From assembly GCA_001828935.1 (NCBI GenBank), contig MHZX01000067.1, forward strand, positions 3,992-67,991: a DNA stretch of 64,000 nucleotides, given 5' to 3'. A program made the position numbers and the translations under genes. This document shows positions 39,644 through 50,685 of this stretch, piece by piece (within the stretch, counting starts at the first letter, position 1; every line of letters begins with the position of its first letter). This DNA is from Rhodocyclales bacterium RIFCSPLOWO2_02_FULL_63_24. Its GTDB lineage: Bacteria > Pseudomonadota > Gammaproteobacteria > Burkholderiales > Rhodocyclaceae. The notes under the pieces were generated by a model. It saw only the letters and a list, made by a program, of their open reading frames with translations, ran no database searches and had not been told where the DNA came from.

Positions 39644-39671
39644 TGCGGCAAGCCGCATCAATGTGCGGCCC
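39630..39671 (+). repeat. Perfect 20-bp-stem palindrome spanning the iscS stop codon
   Basis: GGGCCGCACATTGATGCGGC-AA-GCCGCATCAATGTGCGGCCC. The left arm is the last codons plus TGA of iscS, and the right arm is its exact reverse complement. Confidence 0.9.
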
Positions 39672-39754
39672 TTCGGGGAAGGTGGACAGCCCACCCCCCA
39701 ACCCCTGCCCCGAGGGCGGGGACGACTAGTTGGAAATACTTTAGGAGTTGCATC

Positions 39755-40138
39755 ATGGCATACAGCGAAAAAGTACTGGATCACTACGAAAACCCGCGCA
39801 ACGTCGGTTCCTTTGCCAAGGACGACCAAGGCGTCGCCACCGGAATGGTCGGCGCACCGGCTTGCGGCGACGTTATGAAGCTGCAAATCAAGGTCGGCAA
39901 GGATGGCGTGATCGAGGATGCCAAATTCAAGACCTACGGCTGCGGTTCGGCGATTGCGTCGTCTTCCCTGGTGACGGAGTGGGTCAAGGGCAAGACGCTG
40001 GACCAGGCCCTGGAAATCAAGAACACCCAAATCGCGGAAGAACTGGCGCTGCCGCCGGTGAAGATTCACTGTTCCATCCTGGCCGAGGATGCGATCAAGG
40101 CCGCAGTGGCCGACTACAGAAAGAAACAGGGAGCCTGA
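39755..40138 (+). CDS. iscU: Fe-S cluster assembly scaffold IscU
   Basis: 127 aa. [23 protein letters not shown] and LPPVKIHCS motifs. Confidence 0.97.
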   Translation: MAYSEKVLDHYENPRNVGSFAKDDQGVATGMVGAPACGDVMKLQIKVGKDGVIEDAKFKTYGCGSAIASSSLVTEWVKGKTLDQALEIKNTQIAEELALPPVKIHCSILAEDAIKAAVADYRKKQGA

Positions 40139-40140
40139 TC

Positions 40141-40464
40141 ATGCCGGTAACACTTTCCGAACCCGCAGCCAAACACGTCGCGAATTTCATTGCCAAGCGT
40201 GGCAAGGGCGTCGGGATCCGCCTCGGGGTCAAGACCTCGGGTTGCTCGGGCATGGCCTACAAGCTCGAATTCGCCGATGCGCCGGAACCCGAAGACCATA
40301 TCTTCGAGAGCCATGGGGTCAAGGTGCTGGTCGATCCCAAGAGCCTGCCGTATCTTGAGGGCACCGAACTCGATTACACCAAGGAAGGTTTGAACGAGGG
40401 CTTCAAGTTCAACAACCCGAACGTCAAGGACCAGTGCGGCTGCGGCGAATCGTTCAACACCTGA
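40141..40464 (+). CDS. iscA: Fe-S cluster assembly A-type carrier IscA
   Basis: 107 aa. GCSGMAY and C-terminal CGCGESF. Confidence 0.95.
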   Translation: MPVTLSEPAAKHVANFIAKRGKGVGIRLGVKTSGCSGMAYKLEFADAPEPEDHIFESHGVKVLVDPKSLPYLEGTELDYTKEGLNEGFKFNNPNVKDQCGCGESFNT

Positions 40465-40471
40465 GCGGCGA

Positions 40472-41014
40472 ATGACTACGTTCGACTTGAATTTCGCCGA
40501 CGACTACTTCACGTTGTTTGGCCTGCCGCGCGTTCAATCGCTAGACCTGGCGGGCCTCGAGAACTGTTATCGCGCGGTCCAGGCCAAGGTGCATCCAGAC
40601 AAGCATGCACATGCGACCGATGCTGATCGGCGCTTGGCCATGCAGTGGGCGACGCGGGTCAATGAGGCATTTCAGACGCTGAAGTCGCCGGGGCGGCGGG
40701 CGCGGTATCTGCTGCAGCTGCTGGGTCATGATCCGCAAATCGAAAGCAATACGGCGATGCCCGCGGAGTTCCTGATGGGGCAGATGGAGTTGCGCGAAGC
40801 GGTGATGGAAGCGCGCGCCGCGGCTGACGAAGCGGGGCTGGAAGCAGTCCGCGAACGTCTGTTGGACGAAATCAAGGCTGAATACGCACGGCTGGCGGAG
40901 TTGATAGACCTGACCAAGGATTTCACTGCTGCGGCCAATCTGGTGCGACAACTCATGTTCCAGGAAAAACTGCTGAACGAAATCGACGACGCGCTCGAAG
41001 CCGTCACAGCTTAA
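40472..41014 (+). CDS. hscB: Co-chaperone HscB
   Basis: 180 aa. J-domain with VHPDK and a C-terminal helical bundle. Confidence 0.9.
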   Translation: MTTFDLNFADDYFTLFGLPRVQSLDLAGLENCYRAVQAKVHPDKHAHATDADRRLAMQWATRVNEAFQTLKSPGRRARYLLQLLGHDPQIESNTAMPAEFLMGQMELREAVMEARAAADEAGLEAVRERLLDEIKAEYARLAELIDLTKDFTAAANLVRQLMFQEKLLNEIDDALEAVTA

Positions 41015-41030
41015 GTACTCAAATAACAAC

Positions 41031-42899
41031 ATGGCACTTCTTCAGATTGCGGAGCCGGGAGAGTCCGCGGCGCCCCACGAGCATCGTCTCGCCGTCGGTA
41101 TCGATCTTGGCACCACCAACTCACTGGTGGCTACCGTCAGAAGCGGCATGAGCGTGGTGCTGAATGATGCACGCGGACGGCCGCTGTTGCCCTCGGTCGT
41201 CAGCTACGCGGCCGACGGTAGCGTCGAGGTCGGGTATGGTGCGGAAGCCAAGCAGTCGATCGATCCCAAGAACACCGTTGTATCGGTAAAACGCTTCATG
41301 GGCCGCGGACGGCGCGACATTGCCCATATCGAAACCCTGCCCTATGACTTCGTCGATGCGGAGGGAATGGTCAAGCTCAAGACCATCGCGGGCGTCAAGA
41401 GTCCGGTCGAGATTTCCGCGGAAATCCTGAAGACCGTACGCAACAGGGCCGAGGCTTCGCTGGGAGGCGAGCTGACAGGGGCGGTAATCACGGTGCCGGC
41501 CTACTTCGACGATGCCCAGCGGCAGGCTACCAAGGATGCGGCGCGCCTCGCCGGCCTCAATGTCTTGCGCCTCCTGAACGAACCAACGGCTGCTGCCATC
41601 GCCTATGGCCTCGACAATTCGGCTGAGGGCATCTACGCGGTGTTCGATCTGGGCGGCGGAACCTTCGACATTTCCATTCTTCGCCTGTCCAAGGGCGTCT
41701 TCGAGGTCATGGCGACCGGTGGCGATTCGGCCCTGGGCGGCGACGATTTTGACCACCGCATCTTCTGCTGGATCATCGAGCAGGCCAAGCTGGCCCCGCT
41801 TTCGCCACAGGATGCGCGCCTGCTGCAAATGCGTGCGCGCGAGGCCAAGGAGCAACTGTCCCAGCATGGCCTGGCACCGATCACGGTCAAGCTGGGGAGC
41901 GGTGAGTACGTCGATCTGGTGCTGACCACCGAAGTGTTTACCGAGATTTCCCGCACCCTGGTGCAAAAAACCTTGACCCCGACCCGCAAGGCTTTGCGCG
42001 ATGCTGGTCTTACGGTGGCTGACGTGCGGGGCGTGGTGATGGTCGGCGGCTCGACGCGCATGCCGCAGATCCAGCACGCGGTGGCCGAATTGTTCAAACA
42101 GGAACCGCTCAACAATCTCGATCCGGAAAAGGTGGTGGCCTTGGGCGCGGCGATTCAGGCCAACCTGCTGGCGGGCAACCGTGCCGCCGGGGACGACTGG
42201 CTGCTGCTTGACGTGATACCGCTGTCACTGGGACTGGAAACCATGGGCGGACTGGTCGAGAAGGTCATTCCGCGCAATTCGACGATTCCGATTGCGCGTG
42301 CTCAGGAGTTCACGACCTTCAAGGATGGCCAGACGGCGATGGCGATCCATGTCGTGCAAGGCGAACGCGAACTGGTTTCCGATTGCCGCAGTTTGGCGCG
42401 CTTTGAACTGCGCGGCATACCGCCGATGGTCGCGGGTGCTGCGCGCATCCGGGTGACCTTCCAGGTCGATGCGGATGGGCTGCTCTCGGTAACGGCGCGC
42501 GAACAGACTACCGGCCGCGAGGCACGCATCGAAGTCAAGCCTTCCTACGGTTTGAGCGATGACGAAATCGCGGGCATGCTGAAAGATAGTTTCAGCCATG
42601 CCGGCGACGATGCTTTTCGCAGGGCATTGCGCGAGGCACAGGTGGAGGCTCAGCGCCTGATCGAGGCTACGCAGTCGGCGTTGCTGGCCGATGCGCAGCT
42701 GCTGTCGACGCTGGAGCGGGCGCATATCGACGCCGCCATCACAAAATTGCAGACTCTGATGATCGGCGATGATCGCCATGCGATCGATAGCGCCATGCAG
42801 ATCCTGGGCGCCGCCACCAATGAATTTGCAGCACGGCGGATGAACCAGAGCGTGCAGCGCGCGCTCGCCGGACGCAAAATTGACCAGTTATCCCTATGA
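41031..42899 (+). CDS. hscA: Fe-S protein assembly chaperone HscA (Hsp70 family)
   Basis: 622 aa. [12 protein letters not shown] and [12 protein letters not shown] motifs. Confidence 0.97.
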   Translation: MALLQIAEPGESAAPHEHRLAVGIDLGTTNSLVATVRSGMSVVLNDARGRPLLPSVVSYAADGSVEVGYGAEAKQSIDPKNTVVSVKRFMGRGRRDIAHIETLPYDFVDAEGMVKLKTIAGVKSPVEISAEILKTVRNRAEASLGGELTGAVITVPAYFDDAQRQATKDAARLAGLNVLRLLNEPTAAAIAYGLDNSAEGIYAVFDLGGGTFDISILRLSKGVFEVMATGGDSALGGDDFDHRIFCWIIEQAKLAPLSPQDARLLQMRAREAKEQLSQHGLAPITVKLGSGEYVDLVLTTEVFTEISRTLVQKTLTPTRKALRDAGLTVADVRGVVMVGGSTRMPQIQHAVAELFKQEPLNNLDPEKVVALGAAIQANLLAGNRAAGDDWLLLDVIPLSLGLETMGGLVEKVIPRNSTIPIARAQEFTTFKDGQTAMAIHVVQGERELVSDCRSLARFELRGIPPMVAGAARIRVTFQVDADGLLSVTAREQTTGREARIEVKPSYGLSDDEIAGMLKDSFSHAGDDAFRRALREAQVEAQRLIEATQSALLADAQLLSTLERAHIDAAITKLQTLMIGDDRHAIDSAMQILGAATNEFAARRMNQSVQRALAGRKIDQLSL

Positions 42900-43240
42900 C
42901 CCAGATCATTGTTCTTCCCCATGTCGAGCTGTGCCCGGACGGCGCGGTAATCGAGGCGGCTCCCGGGACATCGATCTGCGATGCGCTGCTTGGCAACGAG
43001 ATCGAGATCGAACATGCCTGCGAAAAGTCCTGCGCCTGTACTACTTGCCATGTCGTCGTGCGCGAAGGATTCAATTCGCTGGCAGCCGCCGAGGAAATCG
43101 AGGAGGATCTGCTGGACAAGGCCTGGGGCCTGGAGCCCACCTCGCGCCTGTCGTGTCAGGCGGTTGTCGGGCAGATCCCACTGGTGATAGAGATTCCAAA
43201 ATACACTATCAACATGGTCAAGGAAGGACACAAGAAGTGA
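42896..43240 (+). CDS. fdx: ISC-system [2Fe-2S] ferredoxin
   Basis: 114 aa. [12 protein letters not shown] ... C cluster ligands. ATGA overlap with hscA. Confidence 0.95.
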   Translation: MTQIIVLPHVELCPDGAVIEAAPGTSICDALLGNEIEIEHACEKSCACTTCHVVVREGFNSLAAAEEIEEDLLDKAWGLEPTSRLSCQAVVGQIPLVIEIPKYTINMVKEGHKK

Positions 43241-43431
43241 AGTGGACCGATAGCCTCGAAATCGCCATTGCGCTTGCCGATGCGCATCCAGAGGTGGATC
43301 CGACCCGCCTCAATTTTGTTGACCTGATGCGCTGGGTCATGTCGCTGCCCGGCTTTGAGGAAAACGAGAGCCATTGCGGCGAAAAGCAGCTGGAAGCGAT
43401 ACAGCAGGCGTGGATCGACGAAGTCGAGTGA
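43237..43431 (+). CDS. iscX: Fe-S assembly protein IscX
   Basis: 64 aa from a GTG in a GTGA overlap with the fdx stop. (M)[21 protein letters not shown] resembles E. coli IscX/YfhJ. Confidence 0.8.
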   Translation: MKWTDSLEIAIALADAHPEVDPTRLNFVDLMRWVMSLPGFEENESHCGEKQLEAIQQAWIDEVE

Positions 43432-43434
43432 ACC

Positions 43435-44208
43435 ATGCTGGTCGACACCCACTGCCATCTCGATGCCGCGGAGTTTGATGCCGACCGTACCGCTGTAGCG
43501 GATGCGGCGACGCTGGCCGGGGTCGGGATGATTGTGGTACCGGCAGTCGAGCGCGCCAACTTCGGCGCCGTGGCCTCGGTATGTCGGGACTATCCGCACT
43601 GCGTGGCGGCTTACGGAATTCATCCCATGTATGTGCCGCAAGCTCGGGACGAGGACCTGGAAGCCCTGCGCGATACAGTCTTGCGCGAGCATCCGCTGGC
43701 CGTTGGCGAAATTGGTCTCGATCGATTTGTCGAACCGCGCGACGACCGGCGCCAGGAGCGCTATTTCACCGCACAGCTGGAACTCGCCCGTGAAACCAGT
43801 TTGCCGGTGCTGTTGCACGTCCGTCGCGCCATCGATCCGGTTCTCAAGCAGTTGCGGCGTTGCCGAGTGTCCGGCGGAATTGCCCATGCTTTCAATGGCA
43901 GCAGGCAGCAGGCCGACGAGTTCATCAAACTGGGATTCAAGCTTGGTTTTGGCGGCGCGATGACTTTTCCTCGTGCCAGTCGCATTCGCGAATTGGCCGC
44001 CACCTTGCCGCTTGATGCAATTGTCCTTGAAACTGATGCGCCGGATATCCCGCCGGAATGGAGAGTCGGCGCCCGCAACACGCCGGATCAATTGCCGCGG
44101 ATTGCGCAAGTCCTTGCCGACTTGCGTGGTATTGAGTTGCAGGCAGTGGCAGCGGCCACCACAGCCAATGCCGCCGCCGTGCTTCCTCGTCTCCCGATGC
44201 TTCACTGA
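43435..44208 (+). CDS. TatD-family metal-dependent hydrolase
   Basis: 257 aa. MLVDTHCHLD N-terminal motif with EIGLD and HVR motifs. Confidence 0.85.
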   Translation: MLVDTHCHLDAAEFDADRTAVADAATLAGVGMIVVPAVERANFGAVASVCRDYPHCVAAYGIHPMYVPQARDEDLEALRDTVLREHPLAVGEIGLDRFVEPRDDRRQERYFTAQLELARETSLPVLLHVRRAIDPVLKQLRRCRVSGGIAHAFNGSRQQADEFIKLGFKLGFGGAMTFPRASRIRELAATLPLDAIVLETDAPDIPPEWRVGARNTPDQLPRIAQVLADLRGIELQAVAAATTANAAAVLPRLPMLH

Positions 44209-44283
44209 CGCTGGCTGTGGATCATAATTGCCGGCGCACCTATCGCTTTCACCCCACCAACCACCCCTAAACAGGAGCGATCC

Positions 44284-44787
44284 ATGAGTACAAAAATAAC
44301 CCTGCGCGGCAACCCCGTAAATGTCGATGGCGATCTTCCCGCTGCCGGAGCACAGGCCCCCGACTTCAATCTGACCAGCGCCGCACTGGCCGATGTCTCG
44401 CTCAAGGACTTTGCCGGCAAACGCAAGGTGCTGAACATCTATCCGAGCATAGATACGCCGACCTGCGCCACATCGACCCGCAAGTTCAACGAGGCCGCCG
44501 GAGATCTCCCCAACACGGTGGTGCTCTGCGTTTCTGGAGACCTACCTTTTGCTGCCAAGCGTTTCTGCGAACTGGAAGGCTTGAAGAACGTCGCTCATCT
44601 GTCGACCTTTCGTCATCCGGAATTTCTCACGGCCTGGGGCGTCGCGATGGCCGACGGACCGCTGGCCGGACTTACTGCCCGTGCTGTGGTCGTACTGGAT
44701 GAGAACAACAAGGTGATGCACAGCGAAATGGTGCCGGAGATCGCGCAGGAGCCCAACTACGCGGCAGCGCTCAAGGCACTCGGCTAA
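44284..44787 (+). CDS. tpx: Thiol peroxidase (atypical 2-Cys peroxiredoxin)
   Basis: 167 aa. [10 protein letters not shown] peroxidatic Cys motif and a resolving Cys in FCE. Confidence 0.93.
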   Translation: MSTKITLRGNPVNVDGDLPAAGAQAPDFNLTSAALADVSLKDFAGKRKVLNIYPSIDTPTCATSTRKFNEAAGDLPNTVVLCVSGDLPFAAKRFCELEGLKNVAHLSTFRHPEFLTAWGVAMADGPLAGLTARAVVVLDENNKVMHSEMVPEIAQEPNYAAALKALG

Positions 44788-44830
44788 GTCAGCGCAAAAC
44801 CGGCGTCCTGCCGGCGCCGACTCTTCAACA

Positions 44831-44856
44831 AAAACGGGAGCCGCGGCTCCCGTTTT
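44831..44856. terminator. Bidirectional rho-independent terminator between tpx and typA
   Basis: AAAACGGGAGCC-GC-GGCTCCCGTTTT: a perfect GC stem flanked by an A-run and a T-run. Confidence 0.85.
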
Positions 44857-44858
44857 GA

Positions 44859-46676
44859 TTAGGTCGTCTCTTCGCGGTTGGCGCGTTTGCGTTCGTGCTC
44901 CTTGAGGAAGCGCTTGCGCAGGCGGATCGACTTCGGCGTGATTTCGACCAGTTCGTCGTCGGCGATGAACTCGACGGCGGATTCCAGCGTCATCAGGATC
45001 GGAGGTACCAGACGCACGGCTTCATCGGTGCCCGAGGCACGCACGTTGGTCAGCTGCTTGCCCTTGATCGGGTTCACCACCAAGTCGTTGTCGCGACTAT
45101 GCACGCCGATGATGATGCCTTCGTAGAGCGGGTCGCCGGGACTGACGAACATGCGGCCGCGATCCTGCAGCTTCCACAAGGCATAGGCGACGGCGGCACC
45201 GTCGTCCTGCGAGATCAGCACGCCGTTGCGGCGCTCGGCCATGACGCCGGCCATGGGGCCGTAGTCGTCGAAAATATGGCTGGCCATGCCGGTGCCGCGG
45301 GTCAGGGTGAGGAATTCGCCCTGGAAGCCGATCAGGCCGCGCGCCGGAATACGGTATTCGAGTCGGACTCGGCCCTTGCCGTCCGATTCCATGTTCAGCA
45401 ACTCGCCGCGCCGGCGGCCGAGTTCCTCCATGACGCCGCCCTGGTGGTCGTTCTCGATGTCGACGGTGAGCAGTTCGTAGGGTTCGCATTTCTCGCCGTT
45501 GATGTCCTTGAACAGCACGCGCGGGCGCGACACGGCCAGCTCGTAGCCTTCGCGGCGCATGGTTTCGAGCAGGATGGTCAGGTGCAGTTCGCCGCGGCCG
45601 GACACCAGGAAGACATCGGCATCGTCGGTCTCTTCCACGCGCAAGGCGACGTTGGACAGCAATTCCTTGTTGAGGCGCTCGCGGATCTGGCGGCTGGTGA
45701 CGTACTTGCCTTCCTTGCCGGCCAGGGGCGAGGTGTTGACCTGGAAGTTCATGGTCAGGGTAGGTTCATCGACCACCAGCGGCGGCAGGCCAATCGGAGC
45801 GGCCGGGTCGCAGATGGTGACGCCGATGCCGACCTGCTCGATACCGGTGACCAGTACGATGTCGCCGGCTTCCGCCTCGGTCGACTGTTCGCGCTCCAGG
45901 CCCGTGAACATCATGATCTGGCCGATCTTTGCCTTGCCCTTGCTGTCGTCGCCGTACATCACGGCGACTTCCTGGCCGGCCTTCATGCGGCCCTGCTTGA
46001 TGCGGCCGATGCCGATGCGACCAACATAGCTGTTGTAGTCGAGCGAGCAGATCTGCAATTGCAGAGGCTGGTCAACATTCACGTCGGGCTGCGGCGTGTG
46101 TTGGATGATGGCTTCGTAGAGCGGGCGCATGTCGGTGCCCGGCTTGGTTGCGTCGAGCATGGCAAAGCCGTTCAGGGCCGAGGCAAAGACCACCGGGAAA
46201 TCGAGTTGTTCCTCGGTCGCGCCGAGTTTGTCGAACAAGTCGAAGGTGTGGCTGATGACCCAGTCGGGTCGGGCGCCCGGCCGGTCGATCTTGTTCACCA
46301 CGACGATTGGCTTCAGGCCCAGCGCCAGAGCCTTGCGCGTGACGAAGCGGGTTTGCGGCATCGGACCTTCGACGGCATCGACCAGCAGCAGCACGCCATC
46401 GACCATCGACAACACGCGCTCGACTTCGCCGCCGAAGTCGGCGTGTCCGGGCGTGTCGACGATGTTGATGTGGGTGCCTTCGAAGTCGATGGCGCAGTTC
46501 TTCGAAAGAATGGTGATCCCGCGTTCCTTTTCGAGATCGTTGGAATCCATTACCCGCTCGGCGACAGCCTGGTGGGCGGCGAAGGTGCCGGACTGACGGA
46601 GCAATTGGTCGACGAGCGTGGTCTTACCGTGGTCAACGTGGGCGATAATGGCGATGTTTCTGAGGGCGCGGGACAT
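44859..46676 (-). CDS. typA: Translational GTPase TypA/BipA
   Basis: 605 aa. [23 protein letters not shown] and NKID G-motifs. Confidence 0.97.
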   Translation of the reverse strand: MSRALRNIAIIAHVDHGKTTLVDQLLRQSGTFAAHQAVAERVMDSNDLEKERGITILSKNCAIDFEGTHINIVDTPGHADFGGEVERVLSMVDGVLLLVDAVEGPMPQTRFVTRKALALGLKPIVVVNKIDRPGARPDWVISHTFDLFDKLGATEEQLDFPVVFASALNGFAMLDATKPGTDMRPLYEAIIQHTPQPDVNVDQPLQLQICSLDYNSYVGRIGIGRIKQGRMKAGQEVAVMYGDDSKGKAKIGQIMMFTGLEREQSTEAEAGDIVLVTGIEQVGIGVTICDPAAPIGLPPLVVDEPTLTMNFQVNTSPLAGKEGKYVTSRQIRERLNKELLSNVALRVEETDDADVFLVSGRGELHLTILLETMRREGYELAVSRPRVLFKDINGEKCEPYELLTVDIENDHQGGVMEELGRRRGELLNMESDGKGRVRLEYRIPARGLIGFQGEFLTLTRGTGMASHIFDDYGPMAGVMAERRNGVLISQDDGAAVAYALWKLQDRGRMFVSPGDPLYEGIIIGVHSRDNDLVVNPIKGKQLTNVRASGTDEAVRLVPPILMTLESAVEFIADDELVEITPKSIRLRKRFLKEHERKRANREETT

Positions 46677-46768
46677 AGTGGCGGTTGGCGTTGTGTTGCG
46701 AAGCGGAAAAACCGAAAATTATATCACGCCTTCCGTTCCGTTCCGATTGAATTTTCAGGGGATTTTTT

Positions 46769-47506
46769 ATGCTTGGCATCATAGGCGGCAGCGGCTTGAC
46801 TCAGTTGGCGAACCTGGACGTATCGCACCGCGAGGTGGTGCGGACGCCCTACGGTGAGCCTTCAGGCCCGCTCACCTTCGGCCGCATCGGCTGTCAGGAT
46901 GTGGTCTTTGTCGCTCGCCATGGCTATGGGCACACCATTCCACCGCACCTGGTGAATTACCGCGCCAATATTCACGCGCTGGAAGTCTCCGGCGTCACGA
47001 AAGTCATCTCGGTGGCGTCGGTCGGCGGCATCCGCCACGACCTCGTGCCCGGCGCGCTGGTGGCTCCGCACCAGATCATCGACTACACCTGGGGTCGCGA
47101 GATGACCTTTCAGTCCGGCGGTGACGGACCGGTGGTGCATGTGGATTTCACCGAACCCTATGATGCAACGGTGCGCCAGCTGCTGCTCGCGGTTTCGCGC
47201 CGGGTCGGCGAGGACGTGATCGATGGTGCGGTGTATGCGACGACCCAGGGGCCGCGGTTGGAGACGGCGGCGGAAATCGATCGTCTGCAGGGGGACGGGG
47301 CCGATATAGTCGGTATGACCGGCATGCCGGAGGCAGGTCTCGCGCGCGAACTGGAATTGCCCTATGCGGCGCTTTGCGTGGTTTCAAACTGGGCGGCGGG
47401 ACGTGCCGATTCGGTGCACGGGATCAAATTCGATAGCCTCGAAGCTGTGCTGCAACTGGCCATGGCTCGCGTCCGCCGCATCATCGAAGGCATTTGCGAA
47501 GAATAA
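46769..47506 (+). CDS. S-methyl-5'-thioadenosine/thioinosine phosphorylase (PNP family 2)
   Basis: 245 aa. [30 protein letters not shown] and GMTGMPEA motifs. Confidence 0.85.
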   Translation: MLGIIGGSGLTQLANLDVSHREVVRTPYGEPSGPLTFGRIGCQDVVFVARHGYGHTIPPHLVNYRANIHALEVSGVTKVISVASVGGIRHDLVPGALVAPHQIIDYTWGREMTFQSGGDGPVVHVDFTEPYDATVRQLLLAVSRRVGEDVIDGAVYATTQGPRLETAAEIDRLQGDGADIVGMTGMPEAGLARELELPYAALCVVSNWAAGRADSVHGIKFDSLEAVLQLAMARVRRIIEGICEE

Positions 47507-47597
47507 TGGCGCACGCGGCGCGCGCAGGCAGTGCTTGCAGATCGAATTCGTTGGCCCCGATGGACGGACGGATTTCGCGGGTCGGCCTGGAGGCGAA

Positions 47598-48134
47598 ATG
47601 ATTCGCGAGGTCCTGCGCATGGGCGATTCGCGCTTATTGCGTGTGGCACAACCGGTGACGGATTTCGGCAGCCCGCAACTCGCCGAGCTGCTGCAGGACA
47701 TGCGCGACACCATGGCGCATTTGGATGGCGCGGGCCTCGCCGCGCCGCAGATTGGGGTCGACCTGCGCGTAGTGATTTTTGGATGCGGCATCAACCCCCG
47801 TTATCCGGAAGCGCCGCCGGTTCCCGACACGGTCCTGATCAATCCCGAACTCGTGCCGCTTTCCGCCGAGGAAGAAGAAGGGTGGGAGGGATGTCTTTCG
47901 GTACCCGGTTTGCGCGGCTGGGTGCCGCGCTGGAGGTTCTTGCGCTACACCGGCTACGATGAAGCCGGTCAGCGTTTCGAGCGCACCGTCGAGGGTTTTC
48001 ATGCACGCGTCGTGCAGCACGAGTGTGACCATCTCGACGGTATTTTGTACCCGATGCGGGTGCGTGACTTCAGGCGCTTTGGTTTCATAGCCGAGCTGTT
48101 CGGCGACTCGGTGGAGTCGTCGGCCGATAGCTAG
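47598..48134 (+). CDS. def: Peptide deformylase
   Basis: 178 aa from [30 protein letters not shown] and HECDHLDG motifs. The upstream part of the track ORF is rejected. Confidence 0.93.
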   Translation: MIREVLRMGDSRLLRVAQPVTDFGSPQLAELLQDMRDTMAHLDGAGLAAPQIGVDLRVVIFGCGINPRYPEAPPVPDTVLINPELVPLSAEEEEGWEGCLSVPGLRGWVPRWRFLRYTGYDEAGQRFERTVEGFHARVVQHECDHLDGILYPMRVRDFRRFGFIAELFGDSVESSADS

Positions 48135-48337
48135 CCGGAGAATGACGACCTGATGTAAAGCTCGTGGCCGCTCGGGGTCGGCAGAATCTGGACGCTGGTA
48201 TAGGTGCGCTCATCGGCGCCGGGAAGCGCGCAGATGCGCAGCAGCGATTCGGCGACATCACGCGACAGAGAGGGGTTTTTCCCGGCGCCGTCGTTGGGGG
48301 CGATACCGATAGTTTCCATCGGGGCAATCGTGACCAT
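48131..48337 (-). CDS. Small hypothetical protein (68 aa)
   Basis: AAGGAG sits 6 nt upstream of ATG 48337. No family recognised. The 3' end overlaps the def stop by 4 nt (convergent). Confidence 0.4.
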   Translation of the reverse strand: MVTIAPMETIGIAPNDGAGKNPSLSRDVAESLLRICALPGADERTYTSVQILPTPSGHELYIRSSFSG

Positions 48338-48651
48338 GTTCACTCCTTGCATTTGATTTGTTCACGGCGACCTGGGAAGCAGGCCGGCCACTTTGCAAGC
48401 CGAACATTGCAACTAGCGTTCCAGCAGCCGCAATGCCGGATAAATCATGAATTGATCTGTGATTTCTCTTCTGTTCCTGGTTTGCCGGTCAATTGAATGT
48501 CGCGCGGCGAAAATTGCCGGCCATCGCGCGTGGCGGTAGTGGCAATAGCTGCCGCGGGCCGAGTCGCAGTGGTGAAGAAGAAGCTTGTTCCGCGCGAACC
48601 CGGAGGGATCAACAGTCGGCGTCGGCGGGGCGGCGAACGACGCGAATAGTC

Positions 48652-50103
48652 CTATGCCGCCACTTCCACCCGGTTGCGCCCGCCATGTTTGGCGGCATAC
48701 AGGGCGGCGTCGGCCCGGCTCACCGTTTGATCGGGGTTTTCGACACCGTCGTACTGGCTGACGCCGATGCTGATGGTGGTCGCAATCTGTTCACCATTCG
48801 CTTCGATGAATGTCGTCGCTATCCTTTGCCGCAGGTTTTCAGCGATGCGCTGGGCTTCGGCGTTGTCGCAGCCCCGCAGCACCAGGAGAAATTCCTCGCC
48901 GCCCCAGCGCACCGCAATGTCGGATTGGCGCAAGCCAGCCAGCAACAGACGGGCGACCTCATGAAGAACTTGGTCGCCCGTGAGGTGACCATAGCGGTCG
49001 TTGATATCCTTGAAGTGGTCGATGTCGGCCAACAGCATGGCGATCGGCTGCGGCGCCCGACGATATTCGGCCAGTACCTTGTCGATCAGGATGGCGAAGG
49101 CGTGGCGATTGAGCAAGCGAGTGAGTTCGTCGGTGGAGGCCATTTCCTCGATGCGATGCTGATAGCGCGACAGCACGAGGTGGGTCAGGAACAGCACCAC
49201 CAGGGTCACCGCCAGGCTGATGATCAGATTGACATAGAGCGTGCGGCGGATGCCGGCGAGCGCCGTTGCTTCATTCTGCTCGACGAACAGGTACCACTTG
49301 AGTTCCGGCAGGTAATTTACGTTGAGAATGTGGTTGTCGCCGTTGGCTACATATTGATAAAAACCGGTCTTTTCCTGAAGAATGCGGTCGACTAGAGGCC
49401 CCAGGCCGGGGGCGCTGCGCAAGTCGGGAACGCGGCCGGTCTGGTTGCCGAAGATGACCACTTGACCTTCGGCGTCGACAAAATAGATCGTGCGTTGAAA
49501 ACGTTGTTGATATTCGGTGATCAAGCGCCGTACGGCATCCACGGTGAGCCCGATGCCAGTGGCGCCGATATAGTTGCCGGCAAAGTCGAAGACGCGGTAG
49601 TTGATGAAAATGGTCAGGGCATCGGCGTTGGCGAGATCAGGGTCGACGTTGATCTCGTAGTCCTGCTTCATCTCGCGCACACGGTAATACCAGGCGTCGC
49701 GCTTTTCGGTCGGCGATACGCGCTTGAGAACGCCTTCGCCGGTGTAATAGATGGCACTCTTGTCGGAGACGAAGAAACTGCTGAAGGCGCCATAGCGTTC
49801 CTTCATTTCCCGCAGATAGCGGGCCATCGCGTCGACGTTGCTCTCGCCTTTCAGCACCCAGTCGCGCAAAAAGGTGTCGTGGGCCATGGTCGAGGAAATC
49901 AGCACCGGCCGCACCAAATCCTTCTGAATCTCGGAATAGATGTTGCTCGCCGTGAGCGGCAGATCCTGGCCGATGATGGCGTCGCGAATCGCCTGCTTCG
50001 ACACGAAATAGCCGAACAGGGTGGTGGCAAAGAAGCCTGTCGATAGCAACAGGCCCAGAAACAGCAGCAGACCGCGACGGTCGAAGATGCGAAACGTTCT
50101 CAT
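48652..50103 (-). CDS. Diguanylate cyclase with a periplasmic Cache-like sensor domain
   Basis: 483 aa from MRTFRIFDRRGLLLFLG. TM, an extracytoplasmic domain of about 260 aa, TM, then GGDEF (RWGGEEFLLVL, I-site RQSD). Confidence 0.85.
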   Translation of the reverse strand: MRTFRIFDRRGLLLFLGLLLSTGFFATTLFGYFVSKQAIRDAIIGQDLPLTASNIYSEIQKDLVRPVLISSTMAHDTFLRDWVLKGESNVDAMARYLREMKERYGAFSSFFVSDKSAIYYTGEGVLKRVSPTEKRDAWYYRVREMKQDYEINVDPDLANADALTIFINYRVFDFAGNYIGATGIGLTVDAVRRLITEYQQRFQRTIYFVDAEGQVVIFGNQTGRVPDLRSAPGLGPLVDRILQEKTGFYQYVANGDNHILNVNYLPELKWYLFVEQNEATALAGIRRTLYVNLIISLAVTLVVLFLTHLVLSRYQHRIEEMASTDELTRLLNRHAFAILIDKVLAEYRRAPQPIAMLLADIDHFKDINDRYGHLTGDQVLHEVARLLLAGLRQSDIAVRWGGEEFLLVLRGCDNAEAQRIAENLRQRIATTFIEANGEQIATTISIGVSQYDGVENPDQTVSRADAALYAAKHGGRNRVEVAA

Positions 50104-50254
50104 GGCATGCGCATTGTATGGCATCCCTCGACGAACGTCGCCGAATCGGGCTACGGTGACCGCGGCAGCCACCAGTCATGCTGCAGGCGCCGTGCCAGCA
50201 GCGCCGACTCCTGGCGAGCGACTGTCCGCGCTCTTCGCTGGGCGGCGGCGACGA

Positions 50255-50656
50255 TCAACTTGCCTTGGCGAGCTTGGCCTTTAGTCTTTGCGCGGTCTTT
50301 TCGACGCCGACGATGAATCGGTTGTGCTTGCCGCGCGCAACCTCTTCCACCGCGTCGTGCGCTGTGAAACTGAAGGCGACTGCGCCGCCATTGACTTCGG
50401 CCAGCGTGACGGTGATGTCCACCCACATGCCGAGCAGCGTGGCGCCGACATGATCCAGTTCGACCCGGGTGCCGACCGAATCCTTGCCCGGCTCGATGTG
50501 TTCCAGCAGCAGATCGCGACACGCCATCTCGATGTCATAGAGCAGGTTGGGCGTCGAGTAGACCCGGCAGTCGTCGCCCATGAAACTGATGGTGCGGTCG
50601 CGGTCGATTTGAACGCGGCGGGTGGCCGAGAGGCCGGCTTTAAGTGTTTCGCTCAT
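50255..50656 (-). CDS. Hot-dog fold thioesterase (FlK / fluoroacetyl-CoA-thioesterase-like family)
   Basis: 133 aa. AAGGAAG SD. GKDSVGTRVELDHVGATLLGMWVDITVTLAEVNG...FTAHD...GKHNRFIV parallels the FlK family pattern as I remember it. Confidence 0.7.
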   Translation of the reverse strand: MSETLKAGLSATRRVQIDRDRTISFMGDDCRVYSTPNLLYDIEMACRDLLLEHIEPGKDSVGTRVELDHVGATLLGMWVDITVTLAEVNGGAVAFSFTAHDAVEEVARGKHNRFIVGVEKTAQRLKAKLAKAS

Positions 50657-50685
50657 GGTTCTTCCTTGATTGATGTGCGTAGATT

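Noticed and set aside
39663-39878. 71-aa ORF in the iscS-iscU spacer.
   Set aside because: It runs out of frame into iscU, has a Gly/Pro/Arg-rich translation and has no SD. The spacer is better explained as structured RNA.
48353-48400. Sigma-54 promoter (TGGCCGGCCTGCTT on the minus strand) upstream of the 68-aa ORF.
   Set aside because: The GG-to-GC spacing is about 3 nt shorter than the TGGCAC-N5-TTGC consensus.
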